51,925 bases of DNA, from assembly GCA_028703035.1 (NCBI GenBank), contig JAQVNR010000001.1:1-51925 (forward strand), written 5' to 3'. The notes under the pieces were generated by a model. That model did no database searches. It was given only the letters and a program-made list of their open reading frames with translations, and was not told the origin of the DNA. The stretch comes from Bacilli bacterium. GTDB lineage: Bacteria > Bacillota_I > Bacilli_A > RF39 > UBA660. Below, piece by piece: positions 48,888 through 51,925 of the stretch. A program made the position numbers and the translations under genes. Every line of letters begins with the position of its first letter. Position 1 is the first letter of the stretch.

Positions 48888-49286
48888 ATGAAATATGTAT
48901 TAATAAAGGATAAAACAAATATCAAAGCTGAAGGCTTTAATATTAATAATAATTCTTACTTAATAAAATTAAAAAAACAAGAAATATCACTTAATCATCA
49001 AAAATATATAGATAGTATATTACTAAAAGAAGTATTTAAAATATTAAATCCTGTTTTAATTAAAGTTTTAACTTATCTTACTTCAGAAGAAGATGAAGAA
49101 TCTTCAACTGGTAAGTTATATGATGAACTTGCTAAACAAAGAAGTATAATTTTAAAAAAATATGAGAAATATTTATCTTTGGAAGCAAGAGATTTATATT
49201 TTAAAAATATTAGATTTCTTGCTTTAGAATTACAAAAAAGACTTAAAACATATACTTATAATACAGAAAAGAACAAAACAAGATAA
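48888..49286 (+). CDS. Hypothetical protein inserted between trmD and rplS
   Basis: 132 aa, AGGGGG RBS, 2 nt after the trmD stop; no motifs. Confidence 0.5.
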   Translation: MKYVLIKDKTNIKAEGFNINNNSYLIKLKKQEISLNHQKYIDSILLKEVFKILNPVLIKVLTYLTSEEDEESSTGKLYDELAKQRSIILKKYEKYLSLEARDLYFKNIRFLALELQKRLKTYTYNTEKNKTR

Positions 49287-49353
49287 TTTGGTTGTAATTC
49301 TAAAAAAGACTTTTTTTAGCATAAACTATAGTAAAATTAGTTTGGTGATATAT

Positions 49354-50512
49354 ATGTTAAAGGGAAATATTTAATAAGAAAAGAGTACTTAAATAGTTTA
49401 ATAGCAGCTAAAGATAAAGATATCATAAAAGTTGTTACTGGTATTAGATTGTAATAAATTTAGAAGATATAGATTTTCGATTTTTTAACTGATTATAAAA
49501 AACTTTATGAATATGTTAAAGAAAGATTAGTTCCGGATAAAAAAAATTATGTTTTTTTAGATGAAGTTCAAATAATAAATAATTTTGAAAAAGCTTGTGA
49601 TAGTCTTTATATAAAAGAAAATGTAGATTTATATATAACCGGATCAAATGCTTATCTTTTATCAGGAGAGCTTGCAACACTTCTTTCCGGTAGATATATA
49701 GAAATAAAAATGCTTCCATTTTCTTTTAAAGAATATTGTGATTGGTATGAAGAAAGAGATGAATCTTCACTTAATTTAAAAACAAAAGAAGATTTATATA
49801 ATGATTATGTTTATAAAAGTTCTCTTCCATATGTATCTGGATTAAAAACTAATCAAGAAGTAAAACAGTTTCTAGATGGAGTATGCGATTCCATATATAT
49901 AAAAGACGTTATGACTAGGAAAAAAATAACTGATATAGCAACACTGCAAAATATATCAAAGTTTATGTTTGATAACGGAGGCAATATAAGTTCATCTAAT
50001 AATATTGCAGAAACTATGACCAGTAATGGGAAAGATATATCTTATCATACAGCCCACAAATATTTGTCTGCCCTCACAGAAGCTTTCCTATTTTATAAAT
50101 GTGAAAGATATGATATTAAAGGTAAAGAGATATTAAAAACAGGTGAAAATTATTATGCTACTGATATAGGAATGTGATATAACTTGTTTGGTAGAAAAGA
50201 TATAGACTTAGGTCATGTGCTAGAAAATGTTGTTTATTTTGAATTATCAGAAGAGGATACAAAGTATATATAGGTAAAGTAGATGGTAGTGTTGTTGACT
50301 TTGTAGCAATAGGAGAATATGGAGAAGAATACTATCAAGTAGCTTATTCAGTAGTAGAAAAAAAGACCCTAGAAAGATAAATAAAGAGTCCTAATTTAAT
50401 AAAAGATCATAATCCTAAATATTTATTAACTATGGATAAAGGGCCAATAATATCATATAACGGAATCAAAAAAATATATGTCTTAGATTGGTTATTAGGC
50501 ATAACAGAATAA
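49354..50512 (+). pseudogene. Degraded DUF4143-type ATPase gene (Walker A region deleted, internal stops)
   Basis: Colinear with 22858..24078 (YVFLDEVQ, ITGSNAYLLSGELATLLSGRYIEIKMLPFSF, KDHNPKYLLTMD...LDWLL) but broken at 49450-49470, 50175 and 50270. Confidence 0.7.
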
Positions 50513-50521
50513 TTAAGGGGC

Positions 50522-50550
50522 TTGAACATGTCAAAATGATATGCTATAAT
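50522..50550 (+). promoter_or_regulatory. Sigma-A type promoter (TTGAAC - 17 nt - TATAAT) for rplS
   Basis: Hexamers at 50522-50527 and 50545-50550; leaves a leader of about 80 nt before rplS. Confidence 0.6.
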
Positions 50551-50633
50551 CATTTTGCTTGTTAAAAGCCATTGTAATCCGCTTAGATACTAATGATTAT
50601 AATAGATTATATTGCAGAAAGGATGCGTTTTTA

Positions 50634-50981
50634 ATGAATGAACTAATTAAGAAAATTGATGCAAAACAAATTAAACCAGATACACCAGAATTTAGAGTAG
50701 GTGATACTGTAAAAGTAGATGTTTGGATCAAAGAAGGAAAAAAAGAAAGAATCCAAGCCTTTGAAGGATTAGTAATATCTAAAAAAGGTGGCTCAGTATC
50801 TGAATCATTTACTGTTAGAAAAAAAAGTGGAAGTGTTGTAGTAAAAAGAACATTCAAAGTTAACAGCCCACTAGTTGATAAAATAACAGTAATAAAAAAA
50901 GGATATGTGAGAAGAGTAAAATTAAACTTCTTAGACAAAATGAGAAAAGAATACAAAGTAAAAGAAAGAAGTGGAAATTAA
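50634..50981 (+). CDS. rplS: 50S ribosomal protein L19
   Basis: PEFRVGDTVKV, KERIQAFEGLVISKKGGSVSESFTVRK, VRRVKL; ATG 50634 rather than the track start 50559. Confidence 0.93.
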   Translation: MNELIKKIDAKQIKPDTPEFRVGDTVKVDVWIKEGKKERIQAFEGLVISKKGGSVSESFTVRKKSGSVVVKRTFKVNSPLVDKITVIKKGYVRRVKLNFLDKMRKEYKVKERSGN

Positions 50982-51006
50982 GCCTTGAAAAAAGGCTTTT
51001 TTTTTT
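50979..51006 (+). terminator. Rho-independent terminator of rplS
   Basis: AAGCCTT / AAGGCTT stem, 5-nt loop, T11 run. Confidence 0.75.
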
Positions 51007-51019
51007 ATATACTTAAAGT

Positions 51020-51925
51020 ATGAAAAAGATAGATAGTAAGTCAAAAAAAATTTTGATAATTTTAACCCCCATAGTACTATTAGTATTAGTACTAAGTATT
51101 TCTTATGCCTACTGGAGAATTAGTAAAACACAAAGTGGAATCAATAAACTAGATATTCTAGATTGCTTAGAAATAACATTAACAGATTTAAGTAACGCTA
51201 TAAACTTAGAAGGAGATTACCCTATACCAGACTCAGAAGGTATGGAGAAAGAGCCATATATATTTAAAGTTACTAATAACTGCAATGTATATGCAGAACT
51301 TGATATTAACTTAGAAGTATTATCATCATCAACTTTAAGTCCATCATATGTAAAAGCAGCACTTGATACCAAAATAAATAAACTAAGCTCTTATCCAGGT
51401 GCAACACCTACAATAGCTGGAGCAACTAGTTTTAAACTAATAGAAGGAGTAAGCCTATTTCCAAATGATTCAGAAGAATTTAGTTTAAGAATGTGGGTAG
51501 ATGAGGCAACAACTACAGCTCAGGGTGCTAACAAAACTTTCCAGTCAAAAATAACAGTAGGATCATCAATTGTAACAATGCCAGTAAATTTAACAATAAA
51601 AATGCCAACCACCCCATCAAAATCATATAATACAAACTTTTCAGGTGCTACGTGGAATTATAAACTAGGGGGTATTACAATAAACTCACTAGATAGTACT
51701 GATCAGAAGATAAACTTAACTAGTAAAACTGAAACTACAGAAAACCTAGCAGCTTATATAATGAGTTTAACAGATGATGATGGTGTATATGCTGAAGCGA
51801 TGTCGTATGTTGTAGGTGATATTCAATATGATGCAACAGATTATCGTTATGAAGGAGAAAACCCAGATAACTGGTTAATGTTTAATAATGAACTCTGGCG
51901 AATAATTGGTGTGTTTGATGAAAGT
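51020..51925 (+). CDS. Membrane-anchored/secreted large protein, 5' part (runs off the window)
   Basis: Open for 302 codons to the window end; N-terminal TM helix; ends with NPDNWLMFNNELWRIIGVF motif; not in the ORF track because it has no stop. Confidence 0.65.
   Translation, partial: MKKIDSKSKKILIILTPIVLLVLVLSISYAYWRISKTQSGINKLDILDCLEITLTDLSNAINLEGDYPIPDSEGMEKEPYIFKVTNNCNVYAELDINLEVLSSSTLSPSYVKAALDTKINKLSSYPGATPTIAGATSFKLIEGVSLFPNDSEEFSLRMWVDEATTTAQGANKTFQSKITVGSSIVTMPVNLTIKMPTTPSKSYNTNFSGATWNYKLGGITINSLDSTDQKINLTSKTETTENLAAYIMSLTDDDGVYAEAMSYVVGDIQYDATDYRYEGENPDNWLMFNNELWRIIGVFDES

Noticed and set aside
5561-50956. Antisense ORFs inside strong genes (5561..5857, 8515..8697, 13632..14435 set, 16069..16335, 20984..21181, 25141..25323, 26727..27482 set, 30627..30809, 32519..32800, 38789..38992, 43537..43920, 50597..50956)
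   Set aside because: Each lies opposite a motif-supported CDS, lacks an RBS and has the Leu/Ile/Phe/Ser-rich composition expected from the reverse complement of AT-rich coding DNA.
17366-51025. The two direct copies of the 19-nt cassette as recombination sites delimiting a 33.6-kb excisable element
   Set aside because: The interval contains essential single-copy genes (ponA, der, murF, ddl, rimM, trmD, rplS), so excision would be lethal. A promoter or operator role is more plausible.

Overview
Low-GC (high-20s % by eye) Bacillota-type chromosomal segment using the standard bacterial code; TGA is a genuine stop at several overlapping gene junctions. The backbone is conserved housekeeping synteny: lepB, ppdK, cca-dnaD-nth, recU-ponA, engB, der, murF-ddl and rimM-trmD-rplS. 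It also carries sporulation-related genes (GerM-like, gerE, spoIIIAH-like) and several large surface or membrane-anchored proteins. Accessory and decaying modules are interspersed. (1) An unannotated type III toxin-antitoxin/abortive-infection locus: 3.2 tandem 37-nt repeats, a terminator, then a ToxN/AbiQ-family ORF (36.4-37.2 kb). (2) A three-gene translationally coupled type IIS restriction-modification operon, with two SPPY methyltransferases and an AlwI/BstNBI-family endonuclease, next to tRNA-Met and a repeat of the tRNA 3' end (9.7-15.3 kb). (3) A double-glycine bacteriocin locus: a C39-peptidase ABC exporter plus two small precursor genes missing from the ORF track. It is preceded by a 324-bp segment bounded by near-perfect 32-nt inverted repeats, a candidate invertible promoter flanked on the other side by a 17-aa hydrophobic ORF. 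(4) One intact and three degraded copies of an AAA_14/DUF4143-type ATPase gene, two of them bracketing rimM-trmD and splitting it from rplS. (5) Other pseudogene debris: a YhcG-like fragment, an AlbA_2/RecG-like regulator, a BRO-N-like fragment and a truncated aminotransferase-like ORF. Smaller oddities include a ~1,070-codon surface-protein gene broken by two in-frame stops, a MurF with a polytopic membrane N-terminus, and an alpha/beta hydrolase that seems to start at ATA. A 19-nt palindrome-containing cassette also recurs at two gene starts and looks like a leaderless promoter. No CRISPR array, rRNA or intact transposase was seen. All family assignments rest on motif recognition by eye, not database searches.
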